From NCBI RefSeq assembly GCF_963921235.1, contig NC_086108.1, positions 65,288,001 through 65,352,000 of the forward strand: DNA of 64,000 nt, in the 5' to 3' direction. The notes under the pieces are model-generated. The model searched no databases, had not been told where the DNA came from, and saw only the letters and a program-made list of their open reading frames with translations. Each line of letters starts with the position of its first letter. Positions within the stretch are counted from its first letter, which is position 1. This document shows positions 12,375-23,332 of this stretch, piece after piece. The position numbers and the translations under genes were made by a program. This DNA comes from Mobula hypostoma. Taxonomy: Eukaryota.

Positions 12375-15300
12375 GTTCTCCCCCTTTAAAATCCAACATT
12401 CCCCAAATGTAAAAGACTAGGAAATAAAAACAGTGGTGTTATTAACTTGTGCATCCCTGAAAACTTACACTAGTATCTCAGCAACAGTTTACCAATACAA
12501 AACATCTGGAAAACGTGACAGATTCAACATTCAATCTAACAACCAAAAAAAACTGTCCTATCAAAGATTCAGCCTGTCAGGAGGTTTACGAGTGCGCTGT
12601 GTTCTGTGCACTATCCCCAGTGACCCAGCAGGCACAGCTGGTGAGGGTGTTTTGGGTGGGTCTGGTTTTGGGGGCATGAGAGGGGTCTGTGAGTCTGCGT
12701 GAGAATGTCCATCCTCCTCAGGGGACCTCGACCCCTCTGCCAGCGTCTCTCCCTCTGGCAAGGTCACTGGTGGACATGCTTCCACAGTAGTCTGTCTCAC
12801 AAATGGAAACTCCATGGAACTGTCTGCCTCTGAGCCGGTATCATGATGCAGGTGCACATGGTCCTGATATCTGTGGAAAACACGTCCATCAGTCAGCTTA
12901 ACAACATAGGAGACTGGACCACTCTGCTTAAGAATAACCCCAGGCAGCCATTGCTGATTGTTTCTCACATAGACATTGTCATCTGGTTTAAACTGTCTCT
13001 CGCGCGCATGTTGATCATGTCCCTCCTTCTGCTTTTCCTGCTTCCTCTCCACTTTTGCCTACGCCCCATCAGCGTCTCTGCGGGAGTGTGGGCAGTTGTA
13101 GTCTGTGGTGTGAGGCGGTATTTAAACAGGAAACGTGAAAGCCGAATGCTAAGGGAGTCCCCTGACATCCGCTTCAGGCCTTCCTTCACTGTCTGAACAG
13201 CCGCTCAGCCAAACCAGTGGAGGCTGGGTGGAAAGGGGCCGTCCGAATGTGACGAATGCCATTCTGCTGCATGAACTTACTGAACAGCTCACTGGTGAAC
13301 GTCGGGCCACTATCAGTGACCAGAGTGTCAGGCAGCCCGTGGACTGCAAACACTTGCCTGAGTTTGTCTATGGTTGAGGGGGCTGTGATGTTGCTCATGA
13401 CGTGAGCTTCGATCCATTTAGACTGCGCATCTACCATTACAAGAAACATCTGCCCCATAAAAGGATCAAAGTCCAAATGTAGCCTAGACCTGGGGTGGTC
13501 TGGCCACTCCCATGGGTGCAAAGGAGCTGGCAGTGGCATATTCTGATTAGTCTGACATTGTATGCATGATTTTACCTTGTTCTCCAGATTCTGATCCATT
13601 CTTGGCCAACAAACGTAGGATCTTGCAAGGCTTTTCATTCGAGACACCCCTGGATGAGTCTCATGAATTTCCGCCACAATCTGTGAACGGCCAAGGGGAG
13701 GCACAATGACCCTCCCTCCCCAAAAGATGCAGCCATCCTGCAGACTGAGTTCTGTCTTGCGTTTGACATAAGGCCTCAGTTCCTCTCCTTCCATGACTCT
13801 GAACCAACTCTGTAAAAGAACAGTCTTGACTTGGGACAGGACTGGGTCCCTCTCTGTCCACTGCCTGATCAGGGTCGCCTTTACAGGTGTCTCTAACAGC
13901 CTCTCCAATGAAAACAGTCTCTGGAGGCCCATATGTAGTAACAGGTGTCTCAGGTAAAGGTAGTCGACTCAGTGCATCGGCGTTTGCATTATCCTCACCC
14001 GCTCTGTACACTACAGTATACTGTTAGGCTGACAATGTAAGAGCCCAATGCTGTATCCTGGCTGAGGCAAGCAGTGGGATGCATCTAGTCTCACTGAACA
14101 GGCTCATCAGTGGTTTATGGTCCGTATAAATTGTAAATACGCGTCCATAAAGGTACTGAGGAAAGTGTTTGACTGCAAAAACAATGGCCAGACTTTTTTT
14201 GTCTAGCTGTGAATATCCCTTCTCAGCAGCTGTCAGGGTACATGAAGCAAAACCAATAGGCTCCTCTGAACGGTCCTCCATTACATGTGAGAGAACTGCC
14301 CTGACTCCATAGGGCGAGGCATCGCATGCAAGGGTGATCTCCTTGTCGGGGTCATAGTGAACAAGCAGCTTCGCTGAGTGGAGGAGTTCTTTCACTTCAT
14401 GAAAGCTTTCTCCTGCTCTTCACCCCATTACCACTTAGTGTCATTGTGAAGCAGTTTATACAGTGGGGGCAAAATCCTTGAGAGATCAGGAAAAAACTTG
14501 CCATAATTCACCATGCCCAAAAAAGATCTGAGTTCCGTGATGGTTTTAGGGCTTGGGGCCTCCTTAATAGCTCTCACTTTGTCCTCCACGGGGCAAAGCC
14601 CCTCAGCTGTGATCTTGTGTCCCAGGTAAGTCACACTTGATGCCAGGAACACACAGTTTCCGTGTTTCAACCGCACCCCTGCGTCTGAGAGCCTCTTCAG
14701 CACCCGATCTGAGTTAGCCAGATGCTCCACCTCCAGAGCCCCCGTGATCAAAATATCATCAAGGTACACTGCTACATGCAGAATCCCCTGCAGCAAAGTG
14801 TCCATTGTCCTTTGGAAAATGGCAGGGCTGGACGTCACTCCAAACACCAGGCGACTGTACTTCAATAATCCCTCATGCGTATTAATTGTGACGTACTCCT
14901 TTGAATCCTCGTCGAGCAGCAGCCGTTGGTAAGCGTGGCTCATGTCCAGCTTTGTGAACAGCTTACCCCCTGACAGGGTCGCAAACGGGTCATCCACCCG
15001 TGGCAATGGGTACTCCTCCAGCTCAGAGATCTGATTCACCGTAAGATTATAATCCCCACATATCCTCACCGTTTTGTCTGCCTTCAAAACTGGACAATGG
15101 GAGCTGCCCACCTTGAAAACTGGACAGGCTCAATAATGCCCAGCCTCTGTAGACGTTCCAGCTCCTCCTCGACTTTGCCTTTCATGGCATAGGGCACCGA
15201 CCTGGGCTTAAAAAAACGTGGTGTGGCCTCAGGGTTGACATGGAGTTTCACTGTCACGCCCTTCAGTGTTCCCAGCTCGTCCCTGAAAACGTCACTACAC

Positions 15301-16583
15301 CGCTGCAGAATGTCCTCCATCGTGTGTGCAGACTTAATTTCATGCCAGTTTAACTGGATTTTGCGAAGCCAATCGCTGCCCAAAAGACTGGAACCCCTGC
15401 CCTTAGCTACCAACAGACTGGCTTCAGCCTTTTGACCTCCGGCTGAAAGGTCCACATATAACACCCCTAAATGAGGTATAGGGTGTCCCGTATAGGTCCT
15501 AAGTTTGAGCTTTGACGGTCTAATGGGAGGCAGGTTGGACCCCCATGTCCTCCTGTAGGTCTCCTCACTAATGACCGATGCAGTAGCCCCTGAATCAATC
15601 TCAAACTTAATGTCCTTTCCCCTGACAGTGACTGTGGCATAATATGGTTCAGGTGGTTCCTCATCTGTTTCCACTCCAAACATGTTGTAGGCACACGCTG
15701 TCTCTTCATCTGCATCTTCTAGATGGTGTGTGGCTGCCTGAGCCTGTTGAGTTTTCCCCTGCCCAGGCTTAATCTTACCCTTTGAACTTCTGCATTTTCT
15801 AGCTAAGTGTCCCTTTTTGCTACAAGCATGGCAGACAGTGTCTTTGAATTTGCAATCATTTGCATAGTGCGTCCCTCCACACCAGAAACATTCCACCCGC
15901 TTTGCCTGTTTACCAGTCTCCCTCCTGACTTCGTGCACTGCTGCCGACTGCGACCTCCCATTGTCCTTTCTGGATATCCTTGACATTATTAGCAGCCACC
16001 TCCATGCCTTGGGCAATCTCTAAGGCTTTCTTGAGAGTCAACGGTGGGGTTTCCCCTAACAGTCGGCATTGTATGACATCATACATTGTATGCCGCATAC
16101 CAATCTATCATGGATCATGTCTTCCAATACCGCTCCGAAATCACAATGCTCTGACAGCTGCTGAAGCTCGGCCACAAAATTTGCCACAGACTGACCTGGC
16201 TTCCTGAAACGGCTGAGAAACTTAAACTGTTGGACTATCACAGAAGGTTTCAGACTGTGGTGGTTCCCCACGAGCTTGACCAGTTCGTCATATGGAATGT
16301 CTCTCGGTTTCCGTGGTGTGGCTAACTTCCTTATTAGCTTGTAAGTCTTTGCCCCACACACATTCAGGAGAATAGAGCACTTCTTAGCCTCCTCAGTAAT
16401 TCCATTAGCACAGAAAAAGTGTCCCAACCTTTCCTCATACTCCAGCCAGTCCTCGGTTCCCTCCACTAATTCAACGATAGTCCCAGACGTAGCCATCTGA
16501 ACACGAGGCCCCTTATTGGCGCTGCTGCTCCTGTTTGAAATGTGCTGACACGTCCACAAAACCAGTTCACCTCGTTGCCAAAA

Positions 16584-16793
16584 GTGACTTCTACTTTGGA
16601 AAGGACTACTCGACAACTTCATCCCCAAAAGAACAACTTTATCCAGAACGGCAAAACAGAGGCTTTCACTCACTGGTACGGCATAGCAGAGAAACTATAT
16701 ACAGTGCACACCGGAAGTAAGAAGAACGGAAGTAAACACCCCGTTATCCTAATTTAGTATTAACTTACTTTTAATAATGTTCACATTCCAACA
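16584..16793 (-). repeat. Gypsy 5' LTR followed by a primer binding site
   Basis: Begins TGTTGG on the minus strand. PBS TGGCAACGAGGTG (16580-16568) resembles the complement of a tRNA-Ser(GCT) 3' end. Confidence 0.9.
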
Positions 16794-16843
16794 GACACTA
16801 TAGTCTTTTTGCAGTCATTACCAAGACTGGTTATTATTACAAA

Positions 16844-16992
16844 TCACAAAGAAGAGAAAATCTGCAGATTCTGAAAATCCGAGCAACACACAAAATGCTG
16901 GAGGAACTCAGCAGGCCAGGCAGCAGCTATGGAAAAAATTACAGTCCACATTTCGGGCTGAAACCTTTCGGGAGTCTGCATTTTGTGTGTAT
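16844..16992 (-). mobile_element. Penelope pLTR-derived insertion
   Basis: Same repeat family as 10034-10202. 13-bp TSD ttattattacaaa / ttattgttacaaa with 1 mismatch. Confidence 0.75.
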
Positions 16993-17477
16993 TTATTGTT
17001 ACAAAGTTCAGATTAACCAAAGTTCCACAGTGGCTGAGGTGGGATTTGAACATGGCCCTCTAGAACTCTAGATTGTTACTCGGGGAACTTAATCACTGCA
17101 TCATGCCACGCTCTCTGATCACTGCACCCACCCTGCATCTGCTACTATGCTCCATCCAGCCAGCACTGCTGTCTCAATGCTAGAAAGCTGTCTCAGGATG
17201 CCTATTTGGCATTTGCAGTTTATCAGGCAGATTCAGATGAGGTCCAGGTCTCAACACAGCTATGACCTCCATCCCTGGCAGAAGTTTTCAGTTTTAATAA
17301 AGGCTTAATTCACAAAAGATGAGTTTGTCAAAATTCTCAGCTGAATAACTTAGTAAAAAACCCACTGGCACAAAACTGAAGATTGGTACTGTGGGAGAAA
17401 TCTTCATCCCCACCACAAGCCTGGTGAACAGTTTGTTAGTGCCCCCTACTGCTTCATCTAAGACTTGCTTTGTTGTT

Positions 17478-17670
17478 GAATTACAAACAAGAAAATCTAT
17501 AGATGTTGGAAATCAAAGTAATACACGCAAAATGCTGGAGGAATTCGGCAGGCTAGTCAGCATCTAAAGAAAAGAGCAAACAGTGATGTTTTGGCCCAAA
17601 ACGTTGACTGTTTGCTCTTTACCATTGATGCTGCCTGGCCTGCTGAGTTCCTCCAGCATTTTGTATGTAC
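17478..17670. mobile_element. Penelope pLTR-derived fold-back insertion
   Basis: Inverted arms centred near 17595. Flanking tgctttgttgttg / tgctttgctattg (13 bp, 2 mismatches). Confidence 0.75.
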
Positions 17671-17704
17671 TGCTTTGCTATTGGCTGTGTGAAATTTGGA
17701 GAGA

Positions 17705-18355
17705 ATTCACAACACACTGGAGGAACTCAGCAGGTCGGGCAGCATCCGTGGAAACGATCAGTCAATGTTTCGGGCCGGAACCTTTCATCAGGACTGAAGA
17801 GGGAAGGGACAGAGGCCCTATAAAGGAGGTGGGGGTGGGGGAGAAGATAGGTGCCAAGCGAAAAATCATTAAGGGGAAAGATAAAGGGATGGGGGAGGGG
17901 AAGCAGGGAGGGGATACGCAGGAAAGGTGAAGGAGGAATAAGGGAAAGCACAAGCAGGCAGAACCATGAGTGAGGTGATAGACAGCTGAGGGAGGGGGCA
18001 GAGTGAAACTAGGATGGGGGACAGGAGGGGGGAGGGAATTACCGGAAGTTGGAGAATTCAATGTTCATACCAAGGGGCTGGCGACTACCCAGATGGTATA
18101 TGAGGTGTTGCTCCTCCAACCTGATGTTTAGCCTCATCATGGCAGTACAGGAGGCCATGTATAGACATATCCGAATGGGAATATGAAGCAGAGTTGAAGT
18201 GGGTGGCAACCAGGAGATCCTGTCTGTTGTGGTGGACGGTGCGGAGGTGCTTGACGAAGCAGTTTCCCAATCTGCGTCGGGTTTCACCGATGTAGAAGCC
18301 GCACCGGGAACACCGGATGCAATAGATGACCCCAACAGACTCACAAGTGAAGTGA
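17705..18355 (-). mobile_element. Penelope-like element 3' end (GIY-YIG endonuclease, 3'UTR/pLTR)
   Basis: VIYCIRCSRCGFYIGET...VATHFN...RLEEQHLIYHLGSRQPLGMNIEFSNFR*, then a pyrimidine-rich UTR and the pLTR repeat. Confidence 0.9.
17759..17796 (-). ncRNA. Minimal type-I hammerhead ribozyme motif in a Penelope pLTR
   Basis: CAGTC-CTGATGA-AAGGTTCCGGCCC-GAAA-CA-TT-GACTG. Stem I is perfect and the core intact; stem III is altered by CpG-type changes. Confidence 0.7.
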
Positions 18356-18361
18356 TTGGGG

Positions 18362-18650
18362 GACACTTAACTTGATAAATAGCCTCACGTGTGGCACCTT
18401 GTCAAAGGTCTTCTGAAAGCCCAAATATACATCCACTGCATTCCCTTTATCTATCCTACATGTAATCTCCTCAAAGAATTCCAACAGCTTCATCAGCCAA
18501 GATTTTCCCTTAAGGAAACCATGTTGACTCTCTCTCATCTTGTCCTGTGTCACTAAGTACTCCATAACCTCATCCTTAATAATTGATTCCAACATCTTCC
18601 TAACCACTGAGGTCAGGCTAACTGGTCTATAATTTCCTTTCTGCTGCCTA
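18362..18650 (-). mobile_element. CR1 RT fragment
   Basis: KMLESIIKDEVMEYL...QHGFLKGKS...FQKTFDKVPH. Confidence 0.85.
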
Positions 18651-18679
18651 TCCCTACCCCTTTCAGAATACTAGGGTAG

Positions 18680-18815
18680 AGATGCGCAATTTTTTTTTTG
18701 GAAAGGAATGGTTTCCTCTGTGGTACCCTTCCATGAACACTTTTCTTGTTCAGTGTTTTTCTTACAATGGACACATGAACAAAGAGTTCAGCAAACTCCA
18801 GAGACTTCTGCAAGT
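18680..18815 (-). mobile_element. Tc1 transposase fragment
   Basis: VHVSIVRKTLNKKSVHGRVPQRKPFLSKK resembles the Tc1 second HTH/GRPR-like linker region. Confidence 0.65.
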
Positions 18816-19849
18816 AGTACATCATTTAACCAAACAGAAATAAATCTATGCTGTACATTTGACATAACTGAAGACACAGAAATCCAGTTATAAATATATA
18901 CTGATTAGAAAGTTCAACAATCATTAGTATAGGCCAAATAATAGTATTCATAAGAAAAATGTACATCTTAGGTTGAATGTCAGTGATTAAATTTTTTAAC
19001 ACCTATGAATGGTACAGAGAGGATGAAACAAACTAATTTTAATATGCTTTGAATTCTTACTTTCATCTTAAACATATTCCTTTTATTTCAAGGTGCAGAT
19101 ATAGTGTACGACTTACTGGAAGGGAACAAAAAGAAATTAAAATAGGATTTAATCCTCTACTTGAGCTAAATATAGAGCAAATATTCATAAAAACACATAA
19201 AAGTCATTACATGAACATTCAGCATATAAGTTGCAGGAGGAAGAATCGGGTAGCAATAAGTGAAAGCACAGAAACAAAAAAATGTTGGAAATGCTCAGGA
19301 GCATTTGAGAAGACAGAAACAGAGCAAATATTTCAGGTCCATTTCAAATGAAAGGTTATCAAAGTGAAATGTTAATTCTTCTTTACTCTCCACCAGTGAT
19401 AACTGAACTGCTGATGACAGCTTTTAGTTCAGATTTTCTGCATTTGCAGGTCTTAACTTTTTAAGTTTGATTCGAGCACTGTACATATGGTTTGCATCTC
19501 AGTCTCCCCTCTGCTAATTGGAAGGAATGATCCAAAATGAGTTTGAACAGATTGCAATAATTTGCATGATTATATTGGATTAGTGCAAATATTGTGCAAA
19601 TAATGTGCAAGTCTGTCTCAGAGAATTCATATGGGTATAGCTGGACTCTTGTTCAGAGGTTATGTTAATGTACATTATTGGAACAAATGAAAGTTTGTCT
19701 TTTGCTTTGTGCTGAGACTGACTGCCACAATGGATGAAATAAAATAACTTAATTTAAATGCATTATATTTTACTTTTCAAAAATAAAAGCATAACTTTCC
19801 TGCTAAATGTGTTAGCTGAGTCACTGAATATCCTAACATAATAGTCTTG

Positions 19850-20200
19850 TATTCAATAGCCTATGCCTTTGAAACACTAGTCCATTATCTGTAATCATGA
19901 CTTCAGATACTGAGGGATTTAATTTCATGAAATTAAACAGATCTGGCAAAGAAATATATTATTGGTAATAGAACCATAAAACCAGCATATTGTTGTAAAA
20001 TCTCCAAAGTCCTGCAGGATAGGAAAACTGTTTTGCTCACTAGTTCTGGTTTATATAATATCCCTCAAATACTGAAATATGATTGATAAATTACTGTCTA
20101 CTGAACTGTCCTAGCATGCATACTCAGTTCAAGGTCAATTAGCAGAAGGCAATAAATGCTTAGCCCTGCCAGCCATACCCACATACAGTAAACAGAAAAA
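19850..20200 (+). mobile_element. Old SINE, degenerate
   Basis: Similar to 45900-46250, with an A-rich tail at about 20190. Confidence 0.5.
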
Positions 20201-20697
20201 CAACAGGTTCTTGCTCAAGTTTCTCCAACTTCACTGACCTAGGAAACTAATTTGGAAAAAAAGGCATGGGAATTTCATGGTAGAATTAATCTATGTCCAA
20301 TGTTTCCAATGCAGCCTGTACTTGGATTGTCAGCTAATTACTATGATTGCAGTACTGAACCTGCTGTAAACAAGCTATGGAGTGGTTGGATCAAAGCTGC
20401 ATCAAGCTCTAACCACTACAAAGCAAGAATGAAATGTGATCATTTTCTTTTGAAAGAGAGTGGGCAGCATACGAAGATGTTGCTATTATCCCCATCTCCA
20501 GCCTAGAACCTGAAGGTTTTTCATGCCATTAGCCACTGTGAAGTTGATTGCCGATAACAACAATGACCACTTTGCAGAGTGTGTATTTTTGGTCTACAAG
20601 GAATGAGCTTTTATAATTTTAATTCTAATTTCTCTTTCTGCAGTTTCCTGCACTATTATAATGAGGCCCAAAGTAAGCTTGGGAGTGTGGGGTGGGA

Positions 20698-20890
20698 GTG
20701 TGGAATGAGCTGCCAGCACGAGTGGTGCATGCAAGCTCAATTTCAATGATTAAGAGAAGCTTGGATAGGTACATGGATTGTAGGGATTTGGAGGGCTATG
20801 GTCCCAGTGCAGGTCGATAGGAGTAGGCAGTTTAAATAGATTCAGTATGGACTAGATGGGTCAATGGGCCTGTTTCTGTGCTGTACTTCA
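20698..20890 (+). mobile_element. CR1 3' end fragment
   Basis: gtgtggaatgagctgcca...ttggataggtacatgga...gggcctgtttctgtgctgta. Confidence 0.8.
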
Positions 20891-21544
20891 GTTTGTACTG
20901 ATCCATGCATCACTTTGATCACTCTCCAGTCAAGTTACAAGAGGAAAGATTACTGAAATGCCCATGCTTGGAGACAATTGGTAGGACCAAAAAAAAAGTT
21001 TAGCAGTCAAAATATGGCTGTCTAGACCCAACAAATTTGAAATATTACTGTCAAAACAAAACAGAAATTAGTAAATCAGCATTTAACCTCAATGGTGATG
21101 TCTAAGTTTCACAGCTGCAAGTTCTTTCTGCTGCTTGCACATATGATCACTTGTGAAAGGTATAAAAGGCCATACATTATTTAGCTCAACAATGGTGTCC
21201 TACCTTCCCTGCATACTATGATGGTCGCACATGACATTGGTACCAAGCTTGAATGCATTGTTAGCATTTTGGAAAATACATATTTAAAATCAAATTGCTG
21301 CACATCTTTTTGTTTTGCAAACACAGTATTAAAAAGCTATTATATTTTAGAAAAACATGATACCAGAAATATAGTGTTTGAACAGCTTGAGCAATTATAT
21401 AGAGACCTGTGACAAAAATATCTTTTTGTTAAAAATGTTTTAATCAGATTCTAGACAATATTTTGATTTAGATTATGAGGACACTCAGTCCTCATTTATT
21501 GTCATTTAGAAATGCATGCATTAAAAAATGATACAATGTTCCTC

Positions 21545-22409
21545 ATCCAGGCAGTGTACAATGTGCTTCCAAGCCCATCAAACCTGCACACATGGGGCAA
21601 GGCAGAGTCATCAGCGTGCCCACTGTGCTCCAAGCGAGGAACCCTGGAGCACATCCTCACTGGCTGCGCAAGGGCACTTGGTGAGGGATGGTACAGGTGG
21701 AGGCATGATCAGGTCCTGAAGACCATTGCTGAAGCCATCAGCGCAGGAGTTGAGTGGGCGAAGCAGTCCCGACCCTCCAAGCAGACCATTGCCTTGTCTG
21801 AGCTGGGGAGCAGCCAATACCTGCCAAAAGAACATTTGCAGGCATTCTGACCTCTGCAAGGGATTGGCAGCTGTTGGTGGACCTCGAATGGCAGCTGAAG
21901 TTCCCCAACCATATTGCAGCCACCACCCTGCGACCAGACATTGTCCTAGTGTCTGAGTCGACTAAGCAAGTGGTGCTGCTGGAGCTGACAGTCCCATGGG
22001 AAGATAGTTTGGAAGAGGCCTTTGAAAGGAAGCTCTCCAAGTACGCAGGACTGGTCAGCAGGCTGGATGGAGAGCGAGGTGTCTCCCAGTGGAGGTTGGT
22101 TGTAGGGAATTCGTAGCCCATTCTTTAGTTAGAACCTTCAGCATTTTGGGCATCGAGGGAGAGAGGAAAAGGAGAGCCATCCACAGTGCCACCGATGCGG
22201 CAGAGAGGGCCTCAAGATGGTTGTGGCTCAAAAGAGGGGAGCCATGGAGTCATAAGTAGCTAGCCATCTGGACACAAGCTGGGGTCTGATCAGCCCCGGC
22301 TGGGTCACCTGGAGGAGGTTGTATGATGTTGAAAGACCCGAAACACCCGATGATTCCAGGAACATCACTGAAAATGTGTCCAGCAGCATCAGTAGATGTA
22401 TGTACACAG
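21545..22409 (+). mobile_element. 5'-truncated RLE-type non-LTR retrotransposon (HERO-like)
   Basis: Zinc knuckle CPLC..HILTGC, WRHDQVL, and restriction-like endonuclease RPDIVL...ELTVPWE..FERKLSKY. Ends WLWLKRGEPWSHK* (TAG 22257-22259), followed by a 150-nt 3'UTR. CTC is duplicated at the junctions. Confidence 0.85.
22268..22383 (+). ncRNA. Candidate rearranged (non-circularly permuted) hammerhead-like RNA in the HERO-like 3'UTR
   Basis: Six abutting helices plus core strands GTA (22321-22323), GAAA (22340-22343) and CTGAAAA (22368-22374); see findings. Confidence 0.55.
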
Positions 22410-23221
22410 CTCCAGAAAGATATCACAGAAACACAGGACAAAACCACATAGTTATAACATATAGTTACAACAGTGCAAAGCAATACCATAATTTGATAAA
22501 GAACAGACCATGGGCATGGTAAAAAAAAAGTCTCAAGTCCTGATAGCCTCATCATCTCACGCAGACGGAAGCGCTGCAAACTTGCCGATGCATTGGTGCA
22601 CCCGACCGCAGCCGACTCTGAGTCCATCCAAAAACTTTGAGCCTCCGACCAGCCCTCTGACACTGAGCACCATTTCTGCCGAGCGCTTTGACCCCGCCCT
22701 GGCCGCCGAGCAACAAGCAAAGCCGAGGACTTGGGGCCCTCCCCTGCGGAGATTCCGGATCACACAGTAGCAGCGGCAGCAAAACAGGCATTTCAGAAGT
22801 TTCACTAGATGTTCCGGCGTACTCTCACGTCTGTCTCCATCAAATCACGATTGTGCACGGCATCCTACTTGACAAATAACAGATATCGTTCACCGGAGAG
22901 GCCGCTGCACGCTGCATCGTACCGACATCTTCTTCTCCCTCCTTTTTATACCTTTTCACCAAAAATCGTTTGCATAAATATTCTGGAATTGTCCAAGGAC
23001 TGGCTATTTGAACATTGAACAAATGTGTCCCTTTTCCCGAAATGATGCACAGTTGTAAACTGCCAAACTAAAAACTTCTTTTGTTGTCAACCATTTTCCA
23101 TGGCCTCCAAAGAGAAACTTGAAAATAATTTGTTAACTGAAGCCTATTGTGTGAATTACTTACGCAAAAATGATACAGAAAGCAGTTGAACAGACACTTA
23201 CCAGAACTAAATCAGTCAGGA

Positions 23222-23332
23222 TCACATATCTGTTTGTCTCTTTCTATACGTATCATTGTCTATTGATAATCTGGTAAGTCTTGCTCCATAGTAATCTATA
23301 ATGTAATTCGAGCCATCTGCAGGTCCAACAAT
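23222..23332 (-). CDS. TM2D1: TM2D1 last coding exon (exon extends to 23202)
   Basis: Acceptor aatttccctag. Translates IVGPADGSNYIIDYYGARLTRLSIDNDTYRKRQTDM* (TGA at 23224-23222), matching the TM2D1 C-terminus. A gtaagt donor lies at 23201. Confidence 0.96.
   Translation of the reverse strand: MVGPADGSNYIIDYYGARLTRLSIDNDTYRKRQTDM

Larger units (their letters stand above)
12143..16793 (-). mobile_element. Full-length, frameshifted Gypsy/Ty3 LTR retrotransposon (Mag-like)
   Basis: 5-bp TSD GACAC (12138-12142, 16794-16798) and two LTRs. Gag has two zinc knuckles (CFWCGGTHYANDC, CHACSKKGHLARKC). Protease EIDSGA, RT YLDD, RNase H (CDASPYG, YTDHKPL) and integrase (HHCC, LVTDSG, GLAER) follow in Gypsy order. 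Confidence 0.95.
11942..17100 (-). mobile_element. Old SINE split by the Gypsy and pLTR insertions (pieces about 11942-12137, 16799-16843, 17006-17100)
   Basis: The pieces resemble, in reverse complement, the degenerate repeats at 19850-20200 and 45900-46250. A B-box-like GTTCAAATCC lies on the minus strand at about 17042-17051. Confidence 0.55.
19060..21406 (-). other. TM2D1: Candidate non-coding terminal (3'UTR) exon of TM2D1; 3' end uncertain
   Basis: The first good acceptor in unique sequence after the 23201 donor is tatttttgtcacag|GTCTCT at 21407/21406. A minus-strand AATAAA lies at 19087-19082, but other ATTAAA sites exist. Confidence 0.3.
21465..22935 (-). mobile_element. Non-autonomous retroposon (about 0.6 kb), split by the HERO-like insertion
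   Basis: 21465-21544 and 22410-22935 together match the reverse complement of 62972-63618. Confidence 0.85.

Noticed and set aside
21512..21850. 112-aa zinc-finger ORF as a domesticated gene
   Set aside because: The start codon comes from the host retroposon's antisense tail, and the HERO frame is frameshifted.
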